From Eledone cirrhosa (lineage: Eukaryota): a stretch of 64,000 bases of DNA. Under the pieces are notes generated by a model, which was not told the origin of the DNA, did not search any database, and saw only the letters and a program-made list of their open reading frames with translations. Within the stretch, counting starts at the first letter, position 1. Every line of letters starts with the position of its first letter. The stretch covers positions 86,738,001 to 86,802,000 of the forward strand of contig OZ024747.1 of assembly GCA_964016885.1 (NCBI GenBank), in the 5' to 3' direction. Of the stretch, positions 27,869-40,475 are shown one piece after another. The position numbers and the translations under genes are program-made.

Positions 27869-28266
27869 TCTTTTCATTCGAAGAATATAAAATTCCTGAA
27901 TTTAAATTACGAACTAGCGCTATCAAAACTGTTCCTGGGATGAGAGTGGATGATGTAGAAACAGGTTTATCAAGGGCCGAAGTAAAGATAGAGGCAGAAG
28001 GAGGTAGGTCAAACTAGCCGCAGCTATCACTAGCAGCAGTCGGAGCGACCAAATTTGTTCTCAACTTAGAGGAGATAGTAATAATAAGATATGTGTTCCT
28101 TCACGCACAAGGCGCTAAGGTACGCATGTATTGTCCAACCAAATGCCAGTGTGGTTCAATGGCAGGTTAATAAATTAACGAGCCAGAACAAATATAAACA
28201 AGGTTTAGCAAATAATGAAAAAGTTTCAAAATAAATTTTAAAAAATTGACTTTACCTACTATAGTT

Positions 28267-28349
28267 ACCTTTACCGATCGGTTTCGAATCCCAAAAATAA
28301 ACGGAGACCATACGGCCTTCGTTGCAAAGAAAGATTCTCGTCAGAAGGT
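28267..28349 (-). ncRNA. Type I hammerhead ribozyme (copy 2)
   Basis: Same sequence as copy 1, 481 bp away. Confidence 0.85.
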
Positions 28350-28508
28350 TCTTTTCATTCGAAGAATATAAAATTCCTGAATTTAAATTACGAACTAGTG
28401 CTATCAAAACTGTTCCTGGGATGAGCGTGGATGATGTAGAAACAGGTTTATCAAGGGCCGAAGTAAAGATAGAGGCAGAAGGAGGTAGGTCAAACTAGCC
28501 GCAGATAT

Positions 28509-28541
<33 letters not shown>

Positions 28542-29185
28542 GTACTCTGACAAATGAGTGCATGTGTGTCTGCATTCCCTGCAGGTGCGAGTGTGTAACA
28601 AATATATTTATTTCAAAAATATTTTTGAATTATTTATGCTCAATTAAATGGAATCTGAACCGTAAATTTCTTAAGAATTACGTTTCTAATGTCTGTAATC
28701 CATCAAAATGGCAATTTTTTGCTTGATTTTTATAAAATAATGTTTTATCCTTAGGCGCCAAATATGAATCGTCGTTTTTGATAGTCAGGTTAATTCAATC
28801 CTTATTTATTCCGGTTCAGTGCATTGTAATTTCAAAGGCCGGCGAGGTCAATTTTGCCTTTCATTCTTTCGAGGTTGAAAAATGAAGCTCTTGTTCAGTA
28901 CTGAGGCCAGCTCTTTTTCTACCTCTTGTCACTTTTAGTCTCCCGCTGAGGTTTTTTTTTTTAAAACGAGATGTCCCACACGGGTGAAAGTGTAAGGAAA
29001 AGAAATTGAAAATGCAATTGAGTCTCTTTTTAGAATATTTATTTATTTATTTACTTTACCGGTTTCACAGTTCTTATGATAGTAGAATTGAGATGGAGGG
29101 TTTGTGTTTCTGTTGTGGTTTGTCTCGCATCTGAGATAAATAAATATTCTTAAAGGACTCCAGTTGCATTTTCAATTTCTTTTCC

Positions 29186-29235
<50 letters not shown>

Positions 29236-29354
29236 AAAAGATAAACAGAAATAACAACACAATCAGTACAGTATATGGAAGAAATATATTAGTTTAATGC
29301 TTGAAATAGCAGAAAGAGGGCTTTGCGTTTTGGACGCTAGTCCATCAAAAGCAT

Positions 29355-29405
<51 letters not shown>

Positions 29406-29444
29406 AAGTGGCTTCCTTGGTCAATCATCTTATCAGAAGCCTAA

Positions 29445-29748
29445 CAGTTTTTATGTAAGCGGACAGTAATTGATTTAGGAGTCGCAGAAACCCAAATACT
29501 GGATTTTACAAACCTTCCAGGGTCCGGGTGAATTTTCAATCACATATATTTTTATTGTTTGACCCGAATTACTTGGTCGTTTCTTTGGCTGTGCGGATGT
29601 TTGTTTAACCATCGTCTCAGTGTGTTTGGCCTTTAACGTATGTTGTAGCTCTGATTCATCTGAATCATCGAACGCTTGCCACACATCTCGGAAGTTGTTT
29701 TTCATTAATTCCTAAGCCGAAATACGATTCTCGCTAATTTATATTTAT
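29445..29748 (-). mobile_element. Diverged fragment of the 5' leader of the 20-24 kb PLE family
   Basis: Aligns by eye with 19185-19490 (gcagaaaccca, agggtccggg, tgtttgacccg, gccgaaat.cgattctcgctaa). Flanked by (TA)n. Confidence 0.7.
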
Positions 29749-30807
29749 ATATACATATATAGATAGATAGATAGATAAATGTTATATATATAGCCATCGA
29801 AACGGCTTGAACTCTGCCGTCGGGGTTATACATTTTCCTATTACCCACTCTACTACCCTAAGTATTGAGTACACTGGTGTGTTATGGTCCATCTGGTTCC
29901 TTACCACAACTCCTTCCTTATATATATATATATATACAAAAACTTTGTAACTTTCAAATACCTTAAGCCAGTGTTAATGCCTGATGGCTAAAAACGACTT
30001 CTCCCTTTTAACCCCTCTACCTCCTTCCCACCCCACTCCTCCTCAACCTGAAATACGGCCACTATGGTTATGTGAGTACCTCTTACCTATCTGCATTTTC
30101 TGCTTCTAGAGTTGTTTTTAAGTGCCTGTACATAAGCGTATATTTATGAGTACTTATTTGTATGTATTTGTATGAGTGGCCGTTCGTTTGTATGCATATC
30201 GCTGTTTGTAGGTGCGTTCACTTATCCTCTTTGTGTGTATATTTATATTTATTTGTATGTATATATGGTTTTGTATATATATGTGTGTGTATATATATAT
30301 ATATACAAATTAGAATTGGTGCTCTGAAATAGCTATATATATATGAATGTATATATAGTGTATTTTGCAATACACTGTATGCTTAATTAAAAGCATTTCG
30401 AAGACCTTATGCTATTGCTTTAGAGTAGTGACAGACTCACTTACTTCAATTTCAGCAAACAGGGGAGATAAATCTGACAAGGCCTTGCTTCGCATTTATT
30501 GATGCTTATCAAAGCCAACTACTCCTCCTGTCTGCTGAAATCATGGATGTTTGGTTCTTATAGAATTGTAGTAAATAATCAGGAACTGATTATACAGAGC
30601 GGTTGCCGGTCAAGCAGAAATTGAAAATTAGAATTGCTGCTCTGAAATAGCTATATATATATATGAATGTATATATAGTGTATTTTGCAATACACTGTAT
30701 GCTTAATTAAAAGCATTTCGAAGACCTTATGCTATTGTTTTATGATTATTTACTAGAATTCTATAAGAACCAAACATCCATGATTTCAGCAGACAGGAGG
30801 AGTAATT

Positions 30808-30852
30808 GGCTTTGATAAGCATCAATAAATGCGAAACAAGGCCTTGTCAGCT
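30808..30852 (+). ncRNA. Type I hammerhead ribozyme with compensatory U3-A8 core
   Basis: GGCU UUGAUAA GCAU-CAAUAA-AUGC GAAA CAAGGCCUUG UC AGCU. Further copies at 31127-31171 (+) and 30472-30516 (-, GAAA changed to GAAG). Confidence 0.8.
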
Positions 30853-31126
30853 TTATCTCCCCCTGTTTGCTGAAATTGAAGTAAGTGAGTCTGTCACTAC
30901 TCTAAAACAATGGCATAAGGTCTTCGAAATGATTTTAATTAAGCATACAGTGTATTGCAAAATACACTATATATACATTCATATATATATAGCTATTTCA
31001 GAGCACCAATTCTAATTTTCAATTTCTGCTTGACCGGCAACCGTTCTGTATAATCAGTTCCTGATTATTTACTAGTATTCTATAAGAACCAAACATCCAT
31101 GATTTCAGCAGACAGGAGAAGTAGTT

Positions 31127-31171
31127 GGCTTTGATAAGCATCAATAAATGCGAAACAAGGCCTTATCAGCT
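31127..31171 (+). ncRNA. Second U3-A8 hammerhead copy (one stem III mismatch)
   Basis: ggctttgataagcatcaataaatgcgaaacaaggccttatcagct. Confidence 0.7.
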
Positions 31172-31293
31172 TTATCTCCCCCTGTTTGCTGAAATTGAAG
31201 TAAGTGAGTCTGTCACTACTCTAAAACAATAGCATAAGGTTTTCGAAATGCTTTTAATTAAGCATACAGTGTATTGCAAAATACACACACACA

Positions 31294-31362
<69 letters not shown>

Positions 31363-31460
31363 TATATATATATATATATTAATATATATATATATAAATA
31401 TATATATTAATATTAATATATATATTAATATATATATATATTAATATTAATATATATATA

Positions 31461-31738
31461 TAAATCAGGAAAGAAGAGTGACACGGTTTGCTATACAAAA
31501 AAGGTTTTTAATCTCATTGCTGACAATTGTTTCTCTGAATTGGTAGGTCTAGAGATCGCTATCCGCTTGTTTTCACGTTACTCGATCACCAATACAAAGT
31601 TATAACCAGGCGATCGAGTAACGTGAAAATAAGCGGATAGCGATCTCTAGACCTACCAGTTCAGAGAAACAATTGTCAGCAATGAGATTAAAAACCTTTT
31701 TTGTATAGCAAACAGTGTCACTCTTCTTTCCTGATTTA
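31461..31738. repeat. Fold-back element, ~128 bp arms, flanked by (TA)n
   Basis: Arms 31461-31589 / 31611-31738. The element continues to ~31908, and a fragment of the family lies at 9923-9999. Confidence 0.85.
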
Positions 31739-31907
31739 TTATTACTCCAAGTGTTTACAACATAGGAATTACAGCGTACTCGTAGCATCACTATGGAAAC
31801 GCCTTGTTGAGTCAAACTTAGCCAAGCGTTGATATCATCCACTACCCGGAGTACCATAACTGGACTACACCTAAGTGGACAGCATATAACAATTATTTGT
31901 TACCCCG

Positions 31908-34266
<2,359 letters not shown>

Positions 34267-34277
34267 ATGTGTATGTA

Positions 34278-34385
<108 letters not shown>

Positions 34386-34690
34386 GATATAGATATATAT
34401 ATATATAATATATATATATATTTATATATATATATATATATGTATGTGGCACCCCATTCTGAACTTGTTTATAGAATTCTTTCTGCCTTTGTCACTCTAA
34501 GTATAAATTATAGCTTTAAAGAATTACCCTTTAATGAATTCCCTTTTCTATCAACCAATGACCTCTACCCATCCCACTCCCCACCCTCTCCTACCACCTT
34601 AAATACCACATTTATTTTTGGATAGCCGGATTCCTGATGATTTCTAAAGAATGAAACAGTTCTAATCCTGTAGAATCTCATCTATATTAA

Positions 34691-34726
<36 letters not shown>

Positions 34727-34979
34727 CTATGAAAGTCATTTTTACATTTTTGTTGAAATTTAGAATTGCTATTAAATACATTCTGTTTTATTTGGGTGTC
34801 ACGTCTATCTTAGAATACGGCATGAATCAAAGACTTATATTTATGTACCTTTAGTCTATATTAACTTTCTTGCGAGCAGATATTAGGATGGGTATTTGGT
34901 GGCAAATATCCATTAGGTCAGAGAGCACTGGTTACTTTAATCTGGTCCATATTAAATATATCTATCTGGTGATGTAACA

Positions 34980-35697
34980 ATATTATTTTAGTTTAAGATA
35001 ATTAAATATAGTAAAGGAATTTAGCAAATATTAATTTCGCCTGTTTATCAAAAACATGTCTCTTTGATTAGATATAATAAAGAGTTGGGCCTGCTCGGTG
35101 ATATTTTTAACAGCTGCGGTATTATAACTGTACTAAGGTAGCATAATAATTTGCCTTATAAATTAAGGCTAGAATGAATGGTTTGACGAAAATTAATCTG
35201 TCTCTATTATAATTATTAGAAGTTAATATTTATAGTGAAAAAGCTTAAATTGTTTAAAGGGACGAGAAGACCCTATTGAGCTTGATATTAAAATATAAAT
35301 TTTTTTTAAAGTTAATATAAATTATGTTTATAAATTTTAAATTTTGATTGGGGTGATCAAGGAATAAAAAGATTAATATATATACTTCCTTATATATAAA
35401 TGTTTATAGATAAATAAACCAAGAATTTTGCTTAGAAGTAAGTTACCATAGGGATAACAGCGTAATTCTTTTAGAGAGTTCTTATTAAAAAAAAAGATTG
35501 CGACCTCGATGTTGGATTAAAATTACCTTTAGGTGCAGAAGCTTAGATAGGTGAATCTGTTCGATTTTTAAAATTTTACATGATCTGAGTTCAAACCGGT
35601 GAAAGCCAGGTTGGTTTCTATCTTTTAAATTTATTTGTTATTTTATTTAGTACGAAAGGATTGATATTAATTAATAGATTATTAAATATATTTAAAT
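34980..35697 (+). rRNA. rrnL: Mitochondrial 16S rRNA, 3' part (NUMT pseudogene)
   Basis: cgcctgtttatcaaaaacat (35038), gacgagaagaccctattgagctt, gggataacagcgtaat, tgcgacctcgatgttggatt and catgatctgagttcaaaccgg. Confidence 0.95.
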
Positions 35698-35955
35698 ATA
35701 AAGTTGGCAGAAAAATAATTGTTTCTACTTTTGGCACAAGGCCAGCAATTATTCCAGTGCATTACTGGTACTTTATTTTATCGACCCCGTAAGGATGAAA
35801 GGCAAAGTTAACCTCGGCGGGATTTGAACTCAGATCATAAAGGGAGGTAACTCTATGTTCAAAGCATGGCGTCCGACCCTTACCGATACTGCCAATCCAC
35901 AAAAATAATGTGAATAATTTAGGATTATTTTATAAAAGTTATCTTTTACTTTATA
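35698..35955 (+). tRNA. trnL1: mt tRNA-Leu(UAG) pseudogene, split by a SINE insertion
   Basis: Acceptor stem ATAAAGT/ACTTTAT and anticodon loop TT-TAG-GA. The SINE at 35720-35900 sits in the D-loop. Confidence 0.8.
35720..35900 (-). mobile_element. tRNA-derived SINE with 9 bp TSD
   Basis: TSD aaaaataat at 35711-35719 and 35901-35909. Confidence 0.9.
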
Positions 35956-36030
35956 ATTAAGGTGGCAGATTAGTGTGAAGGATTTAAGATTCTTTTAGGA
36001 AAATAATTTATTTAATGTTTTCTCTTAATA
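35956..36030 (+). tRNA. trnL2: mt tRNA-Leu(UAA) (NUMT)
   Basis: attaaggtggcaga...anticodon TAA...tcttaata. Confidence 0.8.
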
Positions 36031-36130
36031 ATGGTTTTAGAGTTATTATCTTATGTTGTATCATGTATTTGTGCATTATTAGCGGTTGCTTTTTTTACTT
36101 TATTAGAGCGAAAAGGGTTAAGGTATTTTT
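36031..36130 (+). pseudogene. nad1: nad1 5' fragment (NUMT)
   Basis: MVLELLSYVVSCICALLAVAFFTLLERKGL. Confidence 0.9.
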
Positions 36131-36412
36131 GGTTGTTTTATACTTATATATTATTTAAAAATAATATAGATTTAATTTTGTAGTTAATTTATTTTTGTTA
36201 AATTAAGCTATATAATTGGTCTTTATAAATTAATATATATTGTTTAAAAAAAAAATGTTTTAATATATTGTTTAAAAGTAATGATATTTTTGAAAGGAAA
36301 ATATTTCAAAGTTATTTTATGGTTATTATTTTTTTGATTATTTAGTATATAAAATTAGGAAGTATATATTAATAATAATAATAATTGTAAATGTTTATAT
36401 AATAAATAAATA

Positions 36413-36471
<59 letters not shown>

Positions 36472-36487
36472 TGGATTTTATTTAAGG
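36131..36487 (+). other. Mitochondrial control-region-like AT-rich segment (NUMT)
   Basis: Extremely AT-rich, non-coding, contains a (TA)n tract, and lies directly upstream of trnE as in octopod mtDNA. Confidence 0.6.
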
Positions 36488-36558
36488 GTTCTTATGGTGT
36501 AATGGGCACGAAAGATTTTCAATTTTTAGGGATGAATTTTAATAATTTATTGAGAATA
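36488..36558 (+). tRNA. trnE: mt tRNA-Glu(UUC) (NUMT)
   Basis: Acceptor gttctta/tgagaat; anticodon TTC. Confidence 0.75.
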
Positions 36559-36559
36559 T

Positions 36560-36627
36560 ATTTTATTAGTATAAATAGTATAATTATTTTCCAAATAATA
36601 GGTTTAGATATAATGTTAAATAAAATA
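36560..36627 (+). tRNA. trnG: mt tRNA-Gly(UCC) (NUMT)
   Basis: Acceptor attttat/ataaaat; anticodon TCC. Confidence 0.8.
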
Positions 36628-36628
36628 A

Positions 36629-36696
36629 TATAATTTGGTGTATGGGCATGTAAAGTTTTGATCTTTAAGGGAAAGGTTCAAGTCCTTTTTTTGTAA
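36629..36696 (+). tRNA. trnQ: mt tRNA-Gln(UUG) (NUMT)
   Basis: Anticodon TTG; T-arm aaggttcaagtcctt. Confidence 0.8.
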
Positions 36697-36764
36697 AGAG
36701 TTTTAAGTTAAAATAAACTGTAAATTTTCAAAATTTAAAATAAATATTTGTTGTTTAAATTCTG
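36697..36764 (+). tRNA. trnW: mt tRNA-Trp(UCA) (NUMT)
   Basis: Acceptor agagttt/aaattct; taagtta D-arm; anticodon TCA. Confidence 0.8.
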
Positions 36765-36832
36765 TATGAGGTGGTCGAAATAATTTAGTCGGTAGATTGT
36801 AAATCTATTTATAAGTAGTAACTTTCTCATGG
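36765..36832 (+). tRNA. trnY: mt tRNA-Tyr(GUA) (NUMT)
   Basis: Anticodon arm gtagattGTAaatctat. Confidence 0.8.
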
Positions 36833-36893
36833 TTTTATAATTTATATTAAAATATTAAATTGCAAATTTAAAAATACATTTTTGTTGAAACTT
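36831..36893 (+). tRNA. trnC: mt tRNA-Cys(GCA) (NUMT)
   Basis: Anticodon arm ttaaattGCAaatttaa. Confidence 0.75.
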
Positions 36894-36895
36894 TA

Positions 36896-36965
36896 TAATA
36901 AAGTAAGCTAAAAAACCTGTTGGGTTCATACCTCGAAAATGGATATATTTATATCTCTTTATTAT
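36896..36965 (+). tRNA. trnM: mt tRNA-Met(CAU) (NUMT)
   Basis: gtaagcta...gggttCATacctc...aatgga. Confidence 0.8.
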
Positions 36966-37919
36966 TTAAATTTGACTTTGGTTTGTTTTTAATTTTTGTA
37001 ATTTTATACATGTTAGATATTATATATATATAACGTTGATTATATATTTATATATTTAGATTATTTATTTAATATATTTATAATTTAAATATAATATATT
37101 ATGTTATTAAATAGGATTTAATATAGAGGTTTTATAATTTTTATCAGTATATATATTTGTACAATAAATGGGAGTTTTATACAGAAATTATATGTGGTAA
37201 TTGGATAAATTTGTGCCAGCATCTGCGGTTATACAAATAATTAAGATTAAAAAGATTTGGTTGAAAATAAAGTAATATAATATTATTTATGAGGAAAGAT
37301 TATAATGAGTTTTTAGGTAAAATTTATATATAAAATTTGATTGTTTTTTTTTGTTTTTTTTATTATAAATGCTTTGAAAATTCAATAATAAACTAGGATT
37401 AGATACCCTATTATTTTGATTTGTAAAAATAAAGTTATTTTACCTGAGTATTATGAATTATGTTTACTTTTATAAGATTACGTGTTTATTTAAAACTTAA
37501 AAAGTTTGGCGGTTCTACATATCCAATTAGGGGAGCTTGTTAATTTATTTGATAATCCTCAATTTAAACTAACTTTTTTGAAATTGTATATAAGTTCAGT
37601 TTGTATATTGCTGTCGTCAGTTTATGTTTTAAGAATTATGTTAAAAGACTAGAAAATATTTAAATTTTTATGTCAAGTCATAATGCAGCTTATAAAAAAG
37701 GTTTAATGAGCTACTATAGTTAATTTTATTTTGTTCCGGATTTAAAATTATATATTTTTATAGAAAGGTGGACTTAATAGTAATTTTTAATTAGTGTGTA
37801 TATGTGAATAATGGTTTTGTAGGGTGTACATATCGCCCGTCACTCTTGTTATGTAGATAAGATAAGTCGTAACATAGTAGAGGTAATGGAAATTGTTTCT
37901 GGATTTATATAATAAAGTA
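36966..37919 (+). rRNA. rrnS: Mitochondrial 12S rRNA (NUMT pseudogene)
   Basis: tgtgccagcatctgcggttatac, aaactaggattagataccctattat, gtacatatcgcccgtcactct and aagtcgtaacatagta. Confidence 0.95.
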
Positions 37920-37989
37920 CAAGAATTAACATAAGTATAATGTGTCTCACTTACGTTGAGAAAATATTTATTGATTTAATTATTTTTGA
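37920..37989 (+). tRNA. trnV: mt tRNA-Val(UAC) (NUMT)
   Basis: Acceptor caagaat/atttttg; anticodon arm tctcactTACgttgaga; located directly after rrnS. Confidence 0.8.
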
Positions 37990-38779
37990 AAGTTAATAAT
38001 ATAGTTATTATTTAAATAGTTTAGATTAAAAATTTTAAATAGAATTAGTAAGAGGGTTAGAAGAATGTTAAAATTGATTGTACTGAAAAGGGTGTTTAAA
38101 AAAATTAATGTTTACTTTCGTAATAAGGAACATAGATTCAACAATCGACGGAGACAATATTTGTGTGTATAACACAACGTAATAATCACTTTGCATTTCA
38201 CTAATTCTCTTTCCTATAACTGATGGTGTTAAACAGCAAGCAACAGCCATTTAGCCATTTTCTGTGAAGCATACGGTATATTTTGGTTATTTCTTATCTA
38301 ACTCTCAAAATAGCAGACGAGACTGAAAATGAATATTTTTAGAATATTCGTGATTGGAAAATATTACAAGACGCGTTTTCATATTATCGTGTTGTTTGCC
38401 CTGATAAAATGTTTTCCATTTTTCACAAACAAATCATGCAATAAAGATTGATAAGGAATTGAACGTATTGGATAAAATAGTAAGCGTTCCGGGAGACTGC
38501 ATATCTTCGCAAGTCGTCGTCACCAAATGGAGACGAACGAAAACGAAACTGATTTCTTAAATGCGATGATATAGGCGTAGGCATAGCGTTGGGGGTTCAG
38601 CCCCACTGCGCGGCACCTTATGTAAATGTCAACTGTTTCGGGTTAAACAATGCATACACTTGCATATACGCACTTACGTCTGTATGTATATATGGACATT
38701 TTTATCTACATGTATGTATTTATATATATATGTGTTTTTCATTATGGAGTTTAGTGTTTATTTTGGTGCGGATGAAATA

Positions 38780-38952
38780 ATTGTTTCTACTTTTGGCACA
38801 AGGCCAGAAATTACCCAGTACATTACTGGTACTTTATTTTATCGACCCCGTAAGGATGAAAGGCAAAGTTAACCTCGGCGGGATTTGAATACAGACCGTA
38901 AAAGGACGTAACTATGCTGGAAAGCATAGCGCCCGACTCTCCACTGATACTG
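38780..38952 (-). mobile_element. tRNA-derived SINE
   Basis: Reverse complement of the SINE consensus. Confidence 0.85.
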
Positions 38953-40039
38953 CGAAGTCTTTTTTATTAGACAACCATTCACCCTTCACATTTTAAGATC
39001 TTACAGAATTTTACTGTTTAAAATTTTACTGTCGTGAATTAGGAAGTCATGTTTTTCATATGCTAGCAAATCTTTAGTGAAATAGTTGCTGATATTTTGT
39101 TTCCGCGGGAGATGCTGCTTCATTGTTACAACAGTTTATAATAGGAAATAGTGTGAATACAAATTTGCGGGCCCTGATGTACTCATTGCGTGAGAAATAT
39201 AAGATGTCGATATCAAATCGATTTTGAAATTTACCGTAATAGTAGCCAACAGTTACGAGTTCACAAATTCATTTCGATAAATTTTCTTTGTAACTAATTC
39301 AAGAGACTAAATATTGGTTACAGAATGTGCACTGGAAAAGTGTTGTGGATGGTATGTGTATTGTAGAATGAAAGTTCCGGTGACATGATTTTCTTTATTC
39401 TCATGTAGTAGACATCTTTTATCTTCCCTTATTAAAATGTCGATTGTACATGCAATTCTCATGTGTCCGGAAAGTGTAAAGATAAGCCTTTTATATTTAG
39501 TTTTAGGCAGCCTACAACGAGATATTTTCATGATATCAGCAAAATGTATATCTTAATACACCATATTAAATTCCAATATCAAAACATTTAATATAGCGAT
39601 CCATTTCATTTTGGATTGCTTAATTCATGCCCTTGATATAGTTACTTTTTCAGACAAAAGACATTTGACCATTACTAGAAAAATTAAAGTTTGCGATGAT
39701 ACAAAGCTTACTGGTTCATCGCTCGTTGAATAGAAAATGTTTCATGTGCTACATGTTGTCGGAGACATTCGTAGAAGTAAGCTGGTGGAGCAAATTTTCA
39801 AAGGAGTTGAATATGTATGAACGTGACTGGAGGTAGCGATCCAAGACAGCCAAGACTTTCAAAAGAGGAAGGCTGTCAGGCGTAGACTGTAGAACGAATG
39901 TATATATATATATATAAAAGAGAAAATTGAGAGTGCATAACACTCAAATTATCAGATAGGCAGTATATGGTTAGCTCAATGTCTGAAGACAGAGCCGTAA
40001 TACAATTAACAACAAAGAGCGCTTAGAACATAGGTATAT

Positions 40040-40097
40040 CTTTAATTGCTGACAATGTTTCGTCCACACTAAAAGTGGGACTCTTCAGAGCTTAAAG
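40040..40097 (-). ncRNA. Type I hammerhead ribozyme (sense to the PLE ORF)
   Basis: CUUUAA GCU CUGAAGA GUCC CAC-UUUUA-GUG U GGAC GAAA C-AUU-G UC AGC AA UUAAAG. Confidence 0.85.
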
Positions 40098-40202
40098 AGT
40101 AGATACAGAGTATAGAAGCATTAAATCCAAAACAGAAGAATATAATGTGAGGATATCATAAGGTGGGAGGAATTTAAAGTATTTTTCATGTACAAGATAA
40201 GG

Positions 40203-40475
40203 AATAAAAAATAAAAAATAAAAAATAAAAAATAAAAAATAAAAAATAAAAAATAAAAAATAAAAAATAAAAAATAAAAAATAAAAAATAAAAAATAAAA
40301 AATAAAAAATAAAAAATAAAAAATAAAAAATAAAAAATAAAAAATAAAAAATAAAAAATAAAAAATAAAAAATAAAAAATAAAAAATAAAAAATAAAAAA
40401 TAAAAAATAAAAAATAAAAAATAAAAAATAAAAAATAAAAAATAAAAAATAAAAAATAAAAAATAAAAAATAAAA
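40203..40475. repeat. (AAAAAT)n array inside the PLE arm (mirror array at 46803-47150)
   Basis: Seen directly; repeat number differs between the arms. Confidence 0.95.

Larger units (their letters stand above)
27731..28504 (-). mobile_element. Retrozyme-like / non-autonomous PLE-derived element: 293 bp direct repeats, 481 bp period, flanked by (TA)n
   Basis: 27731-28023 is nearly identical to 28212-28504. Each repeat holds a canonical hammerhead on the minus strand. No ORF. Confidence 0.8.
30306..31285. mobile_element. Tandem 319 bp hammerhead-bearing repeat with an internal inversion (minus 30306-~30742, plus ~30743-31285)
   Basis: The unit repeats with period 319 on both sides of the inversion point. 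Flanked by (TA)n. Confidence 0.85.
34980..38100 (+). pseudogene. NUMT (nuclear copy of mitochondrial DNA) with permuted gene order
   Basis: Contains rrnL, L1, L2, nad1 5', AT-rich control region, E-G-Q-W-Y-C-M, rrnS, V and the rrnL start. Interrupted by a nuclear SINE. Boundaries are approximate. Confidence 0.92.

Noticed and set aside
29324-29353. Minus-strand UUGAU GGAC-UAGC-GUCC AAAA motif
   Set aside because: Both core halves are defective; at best a dead hammerhead relic.
34628-34668. GGAUUC CUGAUGA UUUC-UAAA-GAAU GAAA CAGU UC UAAUCC hammerhead candidate
   Set aside because: Stem II is weak, the first pair of stem I is mismatched, and there is only one copy. Counted only as a relic.
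34980-38100. Functional rRNA/tRNA genes or mitochondrial contamination
   Set aside because: SINE insertion, truncated nad1 and rrnL, and permuted order indicate a nuclear pseudogene.
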